From Eledone cirrhosa (taxonomy: Eukaryota): a stretch of DNA of 64,000 bases. Position 1 is the first letter of the stretch, and each line of letters opens with the position of its first letter. This document shows positions 12,780-25,755 of the stretch, piece by piece. The position numbers and the translations under genes are program-made. The stretch spans positions 98,022,001 to 98,086,000 of the forward strand of contig OZ024746.1 of the NCBI GenBank assembly GCA_964016885.1, read 5' to 3'. The notes beneath the pieces are model-generated. The model made no database searches. It was not told the origin of the DNA and saw only the letters and a list, made by a program, of their open reading frames with translations.

Positions 12780-12903
12780 TCCACTGATGAGTTTATAAGT
12801 GCCCGTTTGTGTATAAAACTATGGATTATATACAAGTTTCTACATAACCTGGAAATTATTTATCCCAAATTCTAGAAATCTTATAACGAAACGGCCGTCT
12901 GGA
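12780..12903 (+). ncRNA. Type I hammerhead ribozyme motif with long stem II insertion
   Basis: tcca CTGATGA gtttataag..cttataac GAAA cggccg TC tgga; canonical GUC site and palindromic stem III CGGCCG. Confidence 0.8.
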
Positions 12904-12923
12904 AGGAAAGAGATATTTATTTA

Positions 12924-13112
12924 ATAATTGTTTCTACCTTTAGACACAAGGCCAGCAATTTACCAGTACATTACTGGTACTTTATTTTATCGACCACGTA
13001 AGGATGAAAGGCAAAGTCAACCTCGGCGGGATTTGAACTCAGATCGTAAAGGGGCGTAACTATGCTGGAAAGCATGGCGTCCGACCCTCTACCGATACTG
13101 CCAATCCACCAA
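12924..13112 (-). mobile_element. Meta/MESC-core tRNA SINE
   Basis: Reverse complement of the SINE consensus seen elsewhere in the window. Confidence 0.85.
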
Positions 13113-13265
13113 TGTCTCATATAAAATAATACAACCAGCTATCCATGCAATACTGATTAGTTAGCCCCCCAAACACTAAATTGGGAAAATACTTAGGTAT
13201 ATCCTAATGTTTGTTGAGTGAGATGGAGTTGGTCGGAGTATCAGTAAGGCTTTCTCTGTTTATGT

Positions 13266-13316
<51 letters not shown>

Positions 13317-13525
13317 ACGTGTGTGTATATATATATATGTGCGTGTTTGTGTGTGAGCGTGTGTATGTATATAGTGGGAATAGCTTTTCTTTCAAACGTG
13401 TTACATCAAAAGCATAACACGACTGTGCTCCTGTTTGACCATGTTTTAGTACAGATTTATTTTGTCTTCCCTTATTAGATTTTTATACCCCGTTGGGAAC
13501 TATAGCGTTCCTCAAGTCATCTGTG

Positions 13526-13566
13526 TAGTAACGTTTCGAAGCTTCACGACGCCATCTTCAGAATCA
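13526..13566 (-). ncRNA. Degenerate minimal hammerhead motif
   Basis: CTGAAGA tggcgtcgtgaagcttc GAAA cg TT; stem I is poorly paired. Confidence 0.35.
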
Positions 13567-14575
13567 GAATGGCCGACCTAGCCATTTATTGGTGACGTAC
13601 TTAGCTCTGGTCGTTAAGTGTCATGGGAGTGGTAGAATATCGTGGATGTCTGATTTAAAATATCTCAGCAGTTGAAGAACAGCAGGAATTATAACTGGTT
13701 TTAAGTGTGTGTGTGTGTGAGGGGGGATGCATGTGTGTGTTTATACACGTGTGTGTGCGAACGTATGTGTGTGTTTGTTTGTGTATGATTTGTTTGTGTG
13801 TGTTTGTGTCCAGATAAACTATTCGTTTTCATAAAAAAAAAAATAACAACTAACACTAAGAAAATGATGTTAGGAATGTTTAGGGGGACAGAAACGAGGT
13901 CAGTAGCTTTCAGGTTCAACTGGGGGAAGGGGAATATCTAGGCTGAGTATTCAATGTCTCAGCACAAAGAAGATATATAATCCTTTAATAAATGATGGAT
14001 CATATTATGTCAGAAAATCAAGTAGTGCTGAGGGAGAAACGATGCAAATATGTAACAAAGCAAAGTAAAATAAAGCAAATGTAGAAATATATAGAATGTA
14101 TACGTATAAGAATAATAGAAATACATATATAGAATGTATAGGTATCTTTCGTGATTACACGCACACCATATTGAATAGAAGTATATAGACGAACAAAACA
14201 AATGTTATGAGGTGTGTATATGATATCTTTCTGTTCGTACAATACATCTGCGTGCTGATTTAATATAAATGTACTTAGGCACAAATCATTAATTTATAAA
14301 TGTGAGATAGGATATTGTAACGTTCATATGGTGTCCCCAGAGACTGACTGGCCATACGGGGGGAGGGGGAAAAGGGGGGGGGGGTATTTGAGCCAAGTTC
14401 GGTGGGTCGCTGGACAGATGCGGTGGTGAGGGTAGGAGTGGGGTGAGATATCATTGGAAAGAAATAAGAATCTGTCAGACTTTAAAAAAAGTAAAATCTT
14501 TCGGCTATATTCAAATTCTTATTTTGGACGTTAATTTTGTCATCTGTATTGAGGATATATTTTACTTTACTTCCA

Positions 14576-14900
14576 GGGCGGTGGATTGGCAGTATCGGTA
14601 GAGAGGCGGACACCATGCTAGGGTGGTGGATTGGCAGTATCGGTAGAGAGGCGGACACCATGCTAAGGTGGTGGATTGGCAGTATCGGTAGAGAGACGGA
14701 CACCATGCTAGGGTGGTGGATTGGCAGTATCGGTAGAGAGTCGGAGGCCATGCTTTCCAGCATAGTTACGTCCCTTTATGGTCTGAGTTCAAATCCCGTC
14801 GAGGTTAACTTTGCCTTTCATTCTTACGGGGTCGATAAAATAAAGTACCAGTAATGTACTGGGTAATTGCTGGCCTTGTGCCACAAGTAGAAACAATTAT
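14576..14900 (+). mobile_element. Meta/MESC-core SINE with its 45-bp head repeated four times
   Basis: (gggtggtggattggcagtatcggtagagaggcggacaccatgcta) tandem units followed by a normal body. Confidence 0.85.
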
Positions 14901-14912
14901 ATTTACTTCAAT

Positions 14913-15265
14913 TACTCTCGGGTCCTAAATAATGATTTCTAGTATAGACACAATGCCAGCAATTTGGAGGGAGGGAAAAGTCGATAAATTGACACCAGTA
15001 TATTACTGGTACTTTATTTTTCGACCCCGTAAGGATGAAAGGCAAAGTTAACCTCGATGGGATTTGAACTCAGACCGTAGAGGGACGTAATTCTATGCTG
15101 CAAGACATAGTCTCCGACTCTCCACCGATACTGCCAATCCCCCACCCTTTCTCAGGTCCCAATTAATAGGGGGTAAAATAAGCCGGGTGGTGGTGCACAT
15201 TTGATTAAATTCTTATAAGCAGGGGAGGGTTTGAAATAAACGGGGTTGGAAAATCGGTAATTGTA
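14913..15265. mobile_element. Tc1/pogo-like DNA transposon end interrupted by a minus-strand SINE (14930-15145)
   Basis: tactctcgggtcctaaataa is the reverse complement of ttatttaggacccgagagta at 63236-63255. Confidence 0.55.
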
Positions 15266-16166
15266 CAGTGTACGTTCGTAAATATGGGATTTCTTGTAAT
15301 GTTCTTTTTTTGTCATATACGTTTTTTTTTTTTTAAATATAAAATAAAATTATTATTAGATTCTCTAGGCAGCTGTCATTTTCACCTTCACTGAGCTGTG
15401 AACACTTGTCTAGCCCTCAACAGTCAGTCAGACAGTGTAGCCTTAACTGAGCAGCGAAAACATCTTAGGCCTTTAACATTCAGCAGTTTGGTAAATCAGG
15501 ATTGCTTTATTGAGAAATGAAAACACGCTTGTGTCACTAAACAGCCAGCAGCTTGCCTCCCTAACATGTTTTAAAGCTCATTCCGCTTCTGTGTGTCTTT
15601 CAAACCTTTATAGTGGTAGAAACGAAGAAAAATGAAACCTTATCTCAATTTACTGAAAACATTTCTCGCTACAAAACATATCTCGCCACAATTCCAATAT
15701 TGACAGTATTTTATTGTTGGGGTATTATTAAACAAACACACATCTGTTCATTTTCACGCACCAATACACACGGACACATACGCACCGACACTCTCACGAA
15801 TACTGACACACACATACATACACACAGACGCAAACTGACACACACACATACACATGAACAAGGAAAACGACGGATGGAATGCCTTTTAGCATAAACCTGT
15901 TCGATCAGGGCTAACCTGGAGCTAAACAATATCAGAAAATATTCTTTAATTACAGTGTATATATATGTGTGTGTGTGTATAAATATGTGTGTGTGTGTGT
16001 GTGTGAAAGGCAAACAGAAATAACACTGCAAATGACACATTACAATGAAGTAATATATTATTAGTTTTACACTTGGTATAGTAATATGGTAGAAGAAATA
16101 GAAAGATTGAGGAGACGGACAGGGGTGAAACGGAAAAAAGATATTTTAGAGGAAAATAACAGGTCC

Positions 16167-16232
<66 letters not shown>

Positions 16233-16261
16233 CATACATACACCTGAATGCTTGCATATAT

Positions 16262-16620
16262 ACATGATGGCTACCCCCTCGTTATGGAGTATGGCCATTG
16301 CACGATATACCATTATTAATAACTATTAATTAATTCTATCGTGCAATGCCTGTGCATGAAGATTAATTTTAAAGTGAGGAAAGACTGTGCACTGAGCCAA
16401 TCCCACTCTCTGAGCGACAGTAGCTATAATCCGAAAAGAAGAAAAGATCAACATCATCGGTAACTACTGAGCCGCTGGTTTTATGTCGGAGTTATCCCAG
16501 TTTCCTGAGTTACCTTCTAGAAGAATGCCCTGACAAAGTCTAGGGGTCCTTCACTCCCAGTGGTTTGACCGCGTGATCGGGTGTCCATCCCGACTAGTTC
16601 TATGTCCCCGCGCATATACA
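16262..16620 (+). mobile_element. (CATA)n-associated non-coding repeat
   Basis: Near-identical to 17940-18295; internal hairpin attgcacgata..tatcgtgcaat. Confidence 0.75.
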
Positions 16621-16726
16621 TACACATGCATACACATACATACACATGCATACACATACATACATACATACATACATACATACATACATACATACATACA
16701 TACATACATACACATGTACATACACA

Positions 16727-16920
16727 TTTTTGGATGGCCGTTGACTCTTATGAGTTCTTCAGCCCTTTATCAGGTTTTGTTTTTTGTCCTGCAGGGTGAC
16801 CAAAATCCTCTTCCTCACCAAGTAAACTTGGCGGGGTTGCCGGTTTAGGCGCCAACGACCCGACCCTGTGACAGGTTGTACTGAGTTACATGTTACCAGT
16901 AGCACTCAAGAGTGACCTGA
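16727..16920 (-). mobile_element. Structured ~190-bp repeat, probably an RTE 5'-UTR-derived module (copies at 5620-5768, 6637-6770, 17422-17613, 38521-38680, 44443-44625)
   Basis: Recurrent hairpins cctcaccaag-taaa-cttggtgggg, gggtg..caccc and tactgg..ccagta in six copies. The RTE origin is an inference. Confidence 0.6.
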
Positions 16921-17066
16921 CACTATATATGCATGTATATAAATATATATATATGTATATATATATATACACACACACATATATATATATACACACACGC
17001 ACACACACACACACATATATATATATATAATATATAAGATCAAAAGATGGTTAAATGAGTTCCATG

Positions 17067-17137
17067 TATTTTATTATGCGCATTTCAAAAACAAATATCA
17101 TCATGCAATAACATTTGTGTTTTCATCAGATAAAATA
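17067..17137 (-). ncRNA. Type I hammerhead ribozyme motif
   Basis: tattttat CTGATGA aaacacaaat..atttgttttt GAAA tgcgca TA ataaaata; perfect 8-bp stem I and palindromic stem III. Confidence 0.85.
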
Positions 17138-17939
17138 GGAGGACATGATATGAAGGTTAAAAAACACTTGTGGATAGTGCAGTTTTAAATCAACATATGA
17201 AAAGTAGTTTTAGATTGATGTGTGATATTGGGAAAACATTTTTGAGGGGGTGGGGGTGGGGGTGGAAAGGATGAAAAAGAGGAGGAGATGAGAGTAAAAA
17301 GTGGAGGGGAGGAGTATAGTGAGGAAGGATGAGATAGGAGGAGAGATATATATGTATATATATATATACATTTATATATACATATATACATATGTACATA
17401 TATATATGTACATATTTACACATTTTTGGATGTCCGTTGACTCTTATGTGTTCTTCCGCCCTTTGTGAGGTTTTGTTTTTTGTCTTGTAGGGTGTCCAAA
17501 ATCACCCACCTCACCAAGTAAACTTGGTGGGGTTGCTGGTTTAGTTGCCGACGACCCGACCATGCAACAGATTGTATGAGTTACATGTTACCAGTAGCAC
17601 TTAAGAGTGACCCAACTTACATACATGCATTTGTTCTATATATATTTTTTATGTAGATATTCTAGCTTCTACTAAATTATGTAAAGGTTTTCCAACTTCA
17701 TTTATGAGAAGAAGTACGTTTAATTCACAATGGAAGTTGTAGCTGTAGAAACTTGAAAACGAAGCAGAACGGAAGAAAATTTAGACATTCCATTATTCAT
17801 GTTTCTTAGAATAACGTCCATAGAAACCACGAACGGCGGATAGCAGGCAAATTTGATATATCATGTTACGGAGGATTAATACTTTATCTTTGGAGCAGAT
17901 CTCAAGCATGTACAGTGCATTGTATACATACATATATAC

Positions 17940-18295
17940 ATGATAGATGCCCCCTCGTTATCGAGTATGGCCATTGCACCATACACCATTATTAATAATT
18001 ATTAATTAATTCTATCGTGCAATGGCTGTGCGTGAAGATATTTTTTAAAGTGAGGAAAGACTGTGCACTGAGCCAATCCCACTCTCTGAGCGACAGTAGT
18101 TATAACCAGAAAAGAAGAAAAGATCAACACAATCGGTAACTTCTGAGCCGCAGGTTTTATATCGGAGTTATCCCAGTTTCCTGAGTTGCCTCCTCCTAGA
18201 AGAATGCCCTGACAAAGGCTAGGGGTCCTTCACTCCCAGTGGTTTAACCGCGCGATCTGGTGTCCATTCCGACTATTTCTATGTCCCCGCGCACA
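17940..18295 (+). mobile_element. (CATA)n-associated non-coding repeat
   Basis: Copy of 16262-16620. Confidence 0.75.
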
Positions 18296-18739
18296 TACAT
18301 ACACATGCACAAATGCATATACATATATACATATACGTACATATGTACATGTGTACATACATACATACATGATGCCTGCCAACTCGTTTTCGAGTATGGC
18401 CACTACTTTATATCCATGTAGGAGAACCCCTACCGATGCGCTGAACAAGTGTGACTTTTTAGTCCAGCCAGCGACTTGAAAACTCTGGTACAAACACTAC
18501 ACTTGTGACAATTATTGACACATAGTGCTGGGCCCATGGTACCATGTGACGACAAGTGCAGAGAGATCTCCAGATATAAAGCAATGCCTGTGCCGTGAAG
18601 CTTTTATTGTGAGTAAAGGTACTACATACATGCATACATACATACATACATACATATACATACATACATACATACATACATACATACATACATACATACA
18701 TACATACATACATACATACATACATACATACATACATAC

Positions 18740-19208
18740 AAATCAGAAAAGGAGAATATCTATGTAGAACTAATGAGAAATCTGCAGATACTCCACCCTG
18801 ATTACACCTTCAGATTTATGCCTGTGATTATTGGGGCACTGGGATATGTTAGTAACTGCCTCAATACAAATCTTGAGAAGCTAGGCTTCACAGGAACAGA
18901 AAGAACACAACTAGTTAGGAAATTACAAGTACAATCCATTAATGGAATAGTAGAAATATGTAAAACATTCCAAGAATTTTGCATCTAATAACTGCATATA
19001 CACATATACAGATGCAAAGTATATACACATGCACACATACAACTCAAAAGATACACATCCACACATACAATAACATCAATATCTACACATGCAGACATAT
19101 CTACCTAGTTGATGTTGTGTAAATTCCAATGAGAGAGTCTTGTGTCTATGTTAGAAACCGACTCTCTCTCTATTGGTAAAAAATTTGTGAAATTATAAAA
19201 CCAGAAGA
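18740..19208 (+). mobile_element. R4-like LINE 3' end (RLE C-terminus and 3' UTR) inserted in (CATA)n
   Basis: EKENIYVELMRNLQILHPDYTFRFMPVIIGALG..LQVQSINGIVEICKTF; (CATA)n on both sides. Confidence 0.75.
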
Positions 19209-19330
19209 ACATACATACATACATATATACATAATGCATACATACAAATATACATACATACATACATACACACATACATATATACATACATACATGCATA
19301 TATACATACATACGTACATATATCCATACA

Positions 19331-19364
<34 letters not shown>

Positions 19365-19387
19365 CATATATACATATATACATATAT

Positions 19388-19652
19388 AGGTTAAAGGGTA
19401 AAGGCCCCTTCAGTCACTAATGACCATGGTTTTGCACATAGAAAGTTACCCTCCGAGGCGCAAGGCCACGCAAGGTTGTTTGTGGAAGACCAGCAGTCAC
19501 CCATGCATACCAGTCTCCCCTTTCCATGCCACAGATGTTATCCAAGAGAAAAGTAATGGCCAATACAACTTGACACAAGTGACGTCGCATTTCTACAGCT
19601 GAGTAAACTGGAGTAGCGTAAATTAAAGTGTCTTGCTCAAGAACACAACGCA
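19388..19652 (-). mobile_element. Nin/Deu-like SINE
   Basis: Minus strand gcgttgtgttcttgagcaagacacttta..ctccagtttactcagctgtagaaatg. Confidence 0.6.
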
Positions 19653-19661
19653 ATATATAAC

Positions 19662-20500
19662 ACTAGCAGAGGTACCCGGCGTTGCTCGGGTATTAAATAG
19701 CAGTCATGTATAGCATTCATATCAATACTTCAGTGCTGCTTCGAAAACTATACTTGTACAAAATCATCGGCTTTTTCCAAAAGAAGGTTTCTGCTCCCAG
19801 GGGTACCCTACTCATTATGTGCCAATTCTGTGTGTTCAAATTCATCTGTAGAACATACGTAGCCCATGTATCAAGTTTGGTGAAAATCGGTTGCGAACTC
19901 CAGAAGTTATGATATTTTGTTGCATTGCATTGCAGTGCTACAGTCGACTCCAATGATGCGGTTAAAGGGGGTTATCTGCCCCCCAGGGGGGGGGGGGGGC
20001 TATAATAAATATCTGGGAAAATGAAAGTGCGTATGACCATCCGGAGTACATAAGTAACCTATGTCTTAAATATAACGCTGCTCGTAGTTTTCTAACACTC
20101 TTGCGGTAGCTTTACGTTCAGCATCTTGCGATCGTCTAATTGCAGCCACCATTGACGATTCATTTGCTTTTCTTCTTTTCCCTCTCTCAGCTTTCGCCGT
20201 TTTTCGACAAATAGCGGATCTCTTCCTTGGAGGCATTATCTAAGGAAAGAGGACGTAACACACTAAGATGTGTAAAATGTTAACCAACAATTATTTAAGT
20301 TTTGCATATGTGACGTGATTGTCACGGTGATCCAGAGACAGCCTTCGTCCACCTTCGTCCATTAGACAAAAACGGGAAAATGTTATGAGTCCACAAAACC
20401 TATGGGAACATAACGCATGTTTATTCCAAATTTGAAGAAATCGTTTGCAAACTGTAGAAGTTATGTGGGTACGGACATACACACACATCCTCAGTTATAT
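19662..20500 (-). mobile_element. Non-autonomous Helitron retaining the Rep N-terminus
   Basis: 3' end hairpin cccgagcaacgccggg followed by CTAG (minus strand, ~19662-19692); 20237-20075 encodes MPPRKRSAICRKTAKAERGKRRKANES..RRSQDAER, resembling Helitron Rep N-termini. Confidence 0.65.
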
Positions 20501-20547
20501 ATATATATATATATATATATATGAGGTATGTCATACATCAATTCATG

Positions 20548-20613
20548 TATTTTATCTGACGAGGACGTACTGAAAAAACAGCACAGTACCTTCGAAATAT
20601 ATATAATAAAACA
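20548..20613 (+). ncRNA. Type I hammerhead ribozyme motif
   Basis: tattttat CTGACGA ggacgtactg..cagtaccttc GAAA tatata TA ataaaaca. Confidence 0.8.
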
Positions 20614-21129
20614 TATTTTGATTATGTGAATGTCTTCATTTATTAATATTCTGAATAATATTATATATATATATATGCGTGTTTGTGTGTGTGCGGACGT
20701 TGTAACTTCCACGGACACACAGACAGTCACAGTACGTCTTGTGTAAAAGAGAGGGAGAAAGAGCCATAAGGTTGAGGACAAGGGAGAGTTAAAAATAAAA
20801 GTTAAAGTTATCGAACGCTGCTATCATTTTCTCCACTCGCCAATTCTCCCCTCACTCTCTTTCTTTCTTTCTCAACCCCTCTCTCTTTTTTTCTCATACC
20901 CCCTTCCTCTCTCTCTTTCTCTAAAGAATGAAGAACAATAAAGAACGCCATTGTCGTCTGCTTTGATTGCAATTTCTTTATGTATATTTCTAATAAGTTG
21001 TTGCCTCGTTTTGGAGGACTGAGTTGTGGGAGGAGGAAGGGGAGTAGTGGTAGGGAGGGCTTAACATACAGTAGTTGTATCTCCTCTTCTCCCTCTCTCA
21101 CTGAAACGTCTTCTCTTTCCTCCTCCATT

Positions 21130-21356
21130 GTAAAAATGTCCCCAGGGGTTCCATTATTGATTTTTATTGAAATCCAATTCGCCAATCCTGTTTCTGAATA
21201 TTAGCTTAACATGTGAGTAAAGTTTCATCATGATCGGATCACTGGTGTAGGCGCCAATGGTTATACACAGAATACACAGATACAGAGACAGACAGAAATT
21301 ACAATTTATATAGTAGACTAGCAGAAAACCACCCACCGGGTGGTTTTCTGCTAGTA
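21130..21356. mobile_element. Helitron/HINE-like fragment ending in a CTAG-bounded palindrome
   Basis: ctagcagaaaaccaccc..gggtggttttctgctag at 21318-21355; body motif aagtttcatcatgatcgg. Confidence 0.5.
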
Positions 21357-21364
21357 TATATATA

Positions 21365-21612
21365 TATTACACACACAGAAATGTATATATATTTCTGTGT
21401 GTATATATATATATATTACACACACAGAATGTATATATATTTCTGTGTGTATATATATATATTACACACACAGAATGTATATATATTTCTGTGTGTATAT
21501 ATATATTACACACACAGAAATGTATATATATTTCTGTGTGTATATATATATATTTCTGTGTGTGTATATATATATATATATTACACACACACAGAAATGT
21601 ATATATGTTTCT
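21365..21612. repeat. Minisatellite of ~45-50-bp self-complementary units
   Basis: acacacagaaat-gtatatat-atttctgtgtgt units x ~5, separated by (TA)n. Confidence 0.85.
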
Positions 21613-21629
21613 GTAGCACTCCTCAATTC

Positions 21630-21920
21630 CCCCCTCTCTTCCTCCCGCTATCCGCCTCTTGTAGTCTGTCTCTTTCTTTCACTCTCACTCTCTCTCTACG
21701 CGTGCGCAAAAAACATTCGCACGCGCGCACGTGTTTTAGCGTCTATTCACTCTCTCTCTCTCCCTCTCTCCCTCCCGCTATCCCCCTCTCGTAGTCTGTC
21801 TCTTTCTTTCACTCTCACTCTCTCTCTACGCGTGCGCAAAAAAAATTCGCACGCGCGCACGTGTTTCCACTGTCGGACAGACAGACAGAGAAATTGCTGG
21901 TTATATATTATAAGGAGATA
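21630..21920 (-). mobile_element. Helitron/HINE-like 5' fragment with a ~130-bp tandem duplication
   Basis: Minus strand starts atctccttataatatata..ctgtctgtctgtccg; the block cctcccgctatcc..cgcacgcgcgcacgtgttt is duplicated. Confidence 0.5.
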
Positions 21921-22103
21921 TATATTGGGATCACAATCGTAATGGCGCTAGTTCGATTCCCAGTGGTGTGTTGGGTCCTTTATTTTACGTCGCTTCAGCT
22001 GGCAAACATGAGGTTGTACCTGTAATTCGAGGGTCAGCCTTGTCACATTCTCTGTCACACTGAATCTTCCTGAGAACTACGTTAAGGGTACACTTGTCTG
22101 TGG

Positions 22104-22960
22104 GTGATAGTGGTGGTGGTGGTGATGGTGATGATGATGATGATGATGATATTGGAGGCGGTGCTGGTGATGATGATGAGGTGGTGTTATGATGATAACT
22201 ATGATGATGATGATGACGATCATAGTGGTGATGATGATGATGATGGTAATGATGATGATGATGGTAATGGGGGTGATGATGGTGGTGGTGGTGATGGTGA
22301 TGGTGATGAAGAGATGATGGTGGTGATGATGATGGTGGTGGTGGTGATGATGATTATGGTGGTGATGATGATGGTGGTGGTGGTGGTGATGATGGTGATG
22401 ATGGTGGTGGTGGTGGTGATGATGGTGATGATGGTGATGGTGATGGTGGTGATGATGATGATGATTATGATGCTGATGGTGATAATGGTAATGATTGTTT
22501 CTACTTTAGGCACAAGGCCAGCAATTACCCCAGTGCATTACTGGTACTTTATTTTATCGACCCCGTAAGGATGAAAAGCAAAGTTAACCTCGGCGGGATT
22601 TGAACTCAGATCATAAAGGGACGTAACTTTATGCTGCAAAGCATGCCGTCCGACCCTCTACCGATACTGCCATTCCACCGGTGATAATGGTAATGATGGT
22701 GGTGATAATGGTGGTGGCGGTGGTGGTTGTGATGATGATGGTGATGGTGATGATGATGATGATGATGATGATGATTATGGCGATGTCAACGACAATGATG
22801 ATGATGATGTTGACGACGATGATGATGATGTTGACGACGATGACGACGACGATGATGATGATGTTGACGACGATGACGACGATGATGATGATTATGGCGA
22901 TGTCAACGACGACGATGATGATGATGATGACGATGTTTACGCTAGTTATAGCAATGGCGG
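22104..22960. repeat. (GAT/GGT/GAC)n low-complexity tract with a nested minus-strand SINE at 22492-22680
   Basis: Trinucleotide runs seen directly; the SINE core is present in reverse complement. Confidence 0.9.
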
Positions 22961-23553
22961 TAATAAACTGGATTATTCTGACGTGACTGGAACATTGCAT
23001 AAATTATCTGTTCGTTAGTGACAAAAAATTAGAATATTTCCTTTCCTGTTCGATATCTTTTTCTGTTTTTTTTTTAATCGTCCATACGTGTCGCTGTTTT
23101 GTCTCTTTTATTGTTGTTCTTCAATGTTGTTACTTTTAGAATTTGTTTCTTGATATGAATTAGTTAAATGTCTATAAAAAAACAAACCAGAAAGAATAAT
23201 GGATGATTCTTATTGCTATCGTGGTTTGCTTTAAAAAGGAAACGGTGTTATATTCAGTTATCTTCCGTCCATGAAAAATTAATCTCCCGATAAAAAATGT
23301 AAAGCTCTGAAACATATTGTTCTTCGATCTCCACTGAATCATATTATGGAAGAGTGAACAGATGTTGCAATATAATATGAAGTTCAGTGACATTTAATCA
23401 GCTAATGACTGGCTGGGTGGAGATCACCAGGTACCACACGCTTGCTTTTTGTGCTGTCTACTGCAGCTCTCTCTCTCTCTCTTTCTCTCTCTCTCTATAT
23501 ATATTTATATATTCACACACACACATATATATGTATGTATATATATATATATG

Positions 23554-23636
<83 letters not shown>

Positions 23637-23655
23637 ATATGTATATATATGTATG

Positions 23656-23742
<87 letters not shown>

Positions 23743-24054
23743 TCTGGAACAGAATTAGCCGTCGAAACGGCTTAAGCTCAGCCGTCGGGGTCCTACTCGT
23801 TCCTATATACATATACATATATATATATATATATATATAAACGGAAAAAATGAAACGAAATTTCATTTCCCACTCTTAGTACGGCTGTTACTTAAATATA
23901 AGTATGTACACGTACATACATATATGTATACAGACGTACAGTAGTATGTATATATATATACATACATGCACACATATATATATGTGTATATATATGTATA
24001 TATATATATATATACATACTACTGTACGTCTGTATACATATATGTATGTACGTA

Positions 24055-24134
<80 letters not shown>

Positions 24135-24474
24135 ACTTTCTCTACTAATATCATTGCGTTATGAATTAAAAAATATATTGATAACACATTGAAAGATATA
24201 AATGATGAATGTGTGATACATTTCTATTACATATTTTAAGTAATATAACGCATTAACTTTACTCAACTAGTGTTGGTTGTTGATGTTGTTGTTGTTGTTA
24301 AGCACTTCAGTAAGAGTAAATCGACAATAATTATTTACGTCGGCAGATTGACAGAATCATTAGAGCGTCGAACAAAATGTTTCGTGACATTTAATTATGG
24401 CCCTTTAAGTTCTATATTGAAATCATGCCCAGGTTAACTTTGTCTTTCCTCCTTATCTCAATTGAATCGACTTT

Positions 24475-25010
24475 CTTCTTCTTCTTCTTCTTCTTCTTCT
24501 TCTTCTTCTTCTTCTTCTTCTTCTTCTTCTTCTTCTTCTTCTTCTTCTTCTTCTTCTCTGAGAGTGTTGTGGGGACAGAGTCCTCAAACACTCCTTCCAG
24601 CAGGTCCTGTCAGAAGCCACTGACCCAGCTAGATCCCCAAGTGTGACCAGCCAAGCTCAATGTTGTTATCCAACCATCTTTCTCTGTGTCTACTCCTGGG
24701 TCTCTTGCTGATTGATTTTGTCCGTAAAATCTCTCCAGCGATTCTTTCCTGAGACATTCTATTTTAACCAGATGCCCATAGTATCGGAGCTGTGATCTCT
24801 CAATTCGGAGAAGTAGTGGCTCTACCTGGAGGGACTCTCTGATGTCCGAGCTACGTACTCTATCGAGTAACGTTACTCCAAAGACCTTCGGAGGAATCCC
24901 ATTTCTGCCCCTTGTATTCGTGATTGTATTCTTTCAGTCATTACCTAAGATTCCTGACCACAGGTAAGGGTTGGCACGAATACCGAATTGAAGATTTTGT
25001 TTTCGGCAGA
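24475..25010 (-). mobile_element. RTE LINE 3' fragment with (AAG)n tail
   Basis: Homologous to 8437-9000. Confidence 0.8.
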
Positions 25011-25504
25011 GCTATTCAACTAGAGACCGAATCGCAGATGGTGAGTAGCAATTGTTATTATTATTATTATCTCTTCGATAGTTTCATGCAATTCTATCTT
25101 ACTGAGTGGGGTGCAGCATTGCGTGTTGTTGTGGGAGTGTATACTATATACTACTACTTTGACACTAAACTCCGCCAGTTGCAGACTGCGCATCAACATG
25201 TGATATCTCTCTCCACAAAGTTCGATCCCCAACTGCAGGGTTTAAAGAGCAAAGATCAAGTCCAGTCCGTAGCTTGATATTATGAAACCATCGTTTTGGC
25301 TGCCGGCCTCTGCTTCTCTTACCAGCCAACCTTCCTTACAGGAATATATAATACCTTTCGATCACCAACAACAGAGTTTAAAGAGCAAAGATCAAGTCCA
25401 GTCCATAAGTTGACATTATCAACATTATCAAGTTGACATTATCAGCTGTCGGCCTCTGCTTCTCTTACCAGCCAACCTTACTTCCAGGCATAACCTACTC
25501 ACAC

Positions 25505-25755
25505 CACGAGTTGATCTTTTTATAGTTCCAAATCCTTTTTAACTCCCACTTTAAATCCTGGTATCGGTTAATTTTCTCCTTCTCCTTTTCTTACAATCTT
25601 GTGTTAAAGGGGCTACATCTACAATCAGGCATGATCTTTCTTCCTTGTCAAAAACCACCAGGTCAGGCCTATTGTGTTCTAATTTCTTGTCTGTCTGTAT
25701 CCTGAAAACCCATTGCAGCTTCACTTGATCGTTTTCTTTCACCGACTCTGGCTTA
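25505..25755 (-). mobile_element. R4/Dong-like RLE fragment
   Basis: ENDQVKLQW.FRIQTDKKLEHNRPDLVVFDKEERSCLIVDVA, matching the 32-33 kb copies; abuts (TTA)n. Confidence 0.8.

Noticed and set aside
16530-16612. Possible HDV-like ribozyme (ggg-tccttca-ctc resembles P3/L3)
   Set aside because: I could not find convincing P1/P2 pairings by eye; it needs a descriptor search.
20808-21185. 125-aa ORF as a host exon
   Set aside because: Mostly GA/CT low-complexity sequence joined to a Helitron-like fragment, with no recognisable domain.
22104-22986. Met/Val/Asp/Thr-rich ORFs
   Set aside because: Trinucleotide low-complexity DNA interrupted by a SINE.
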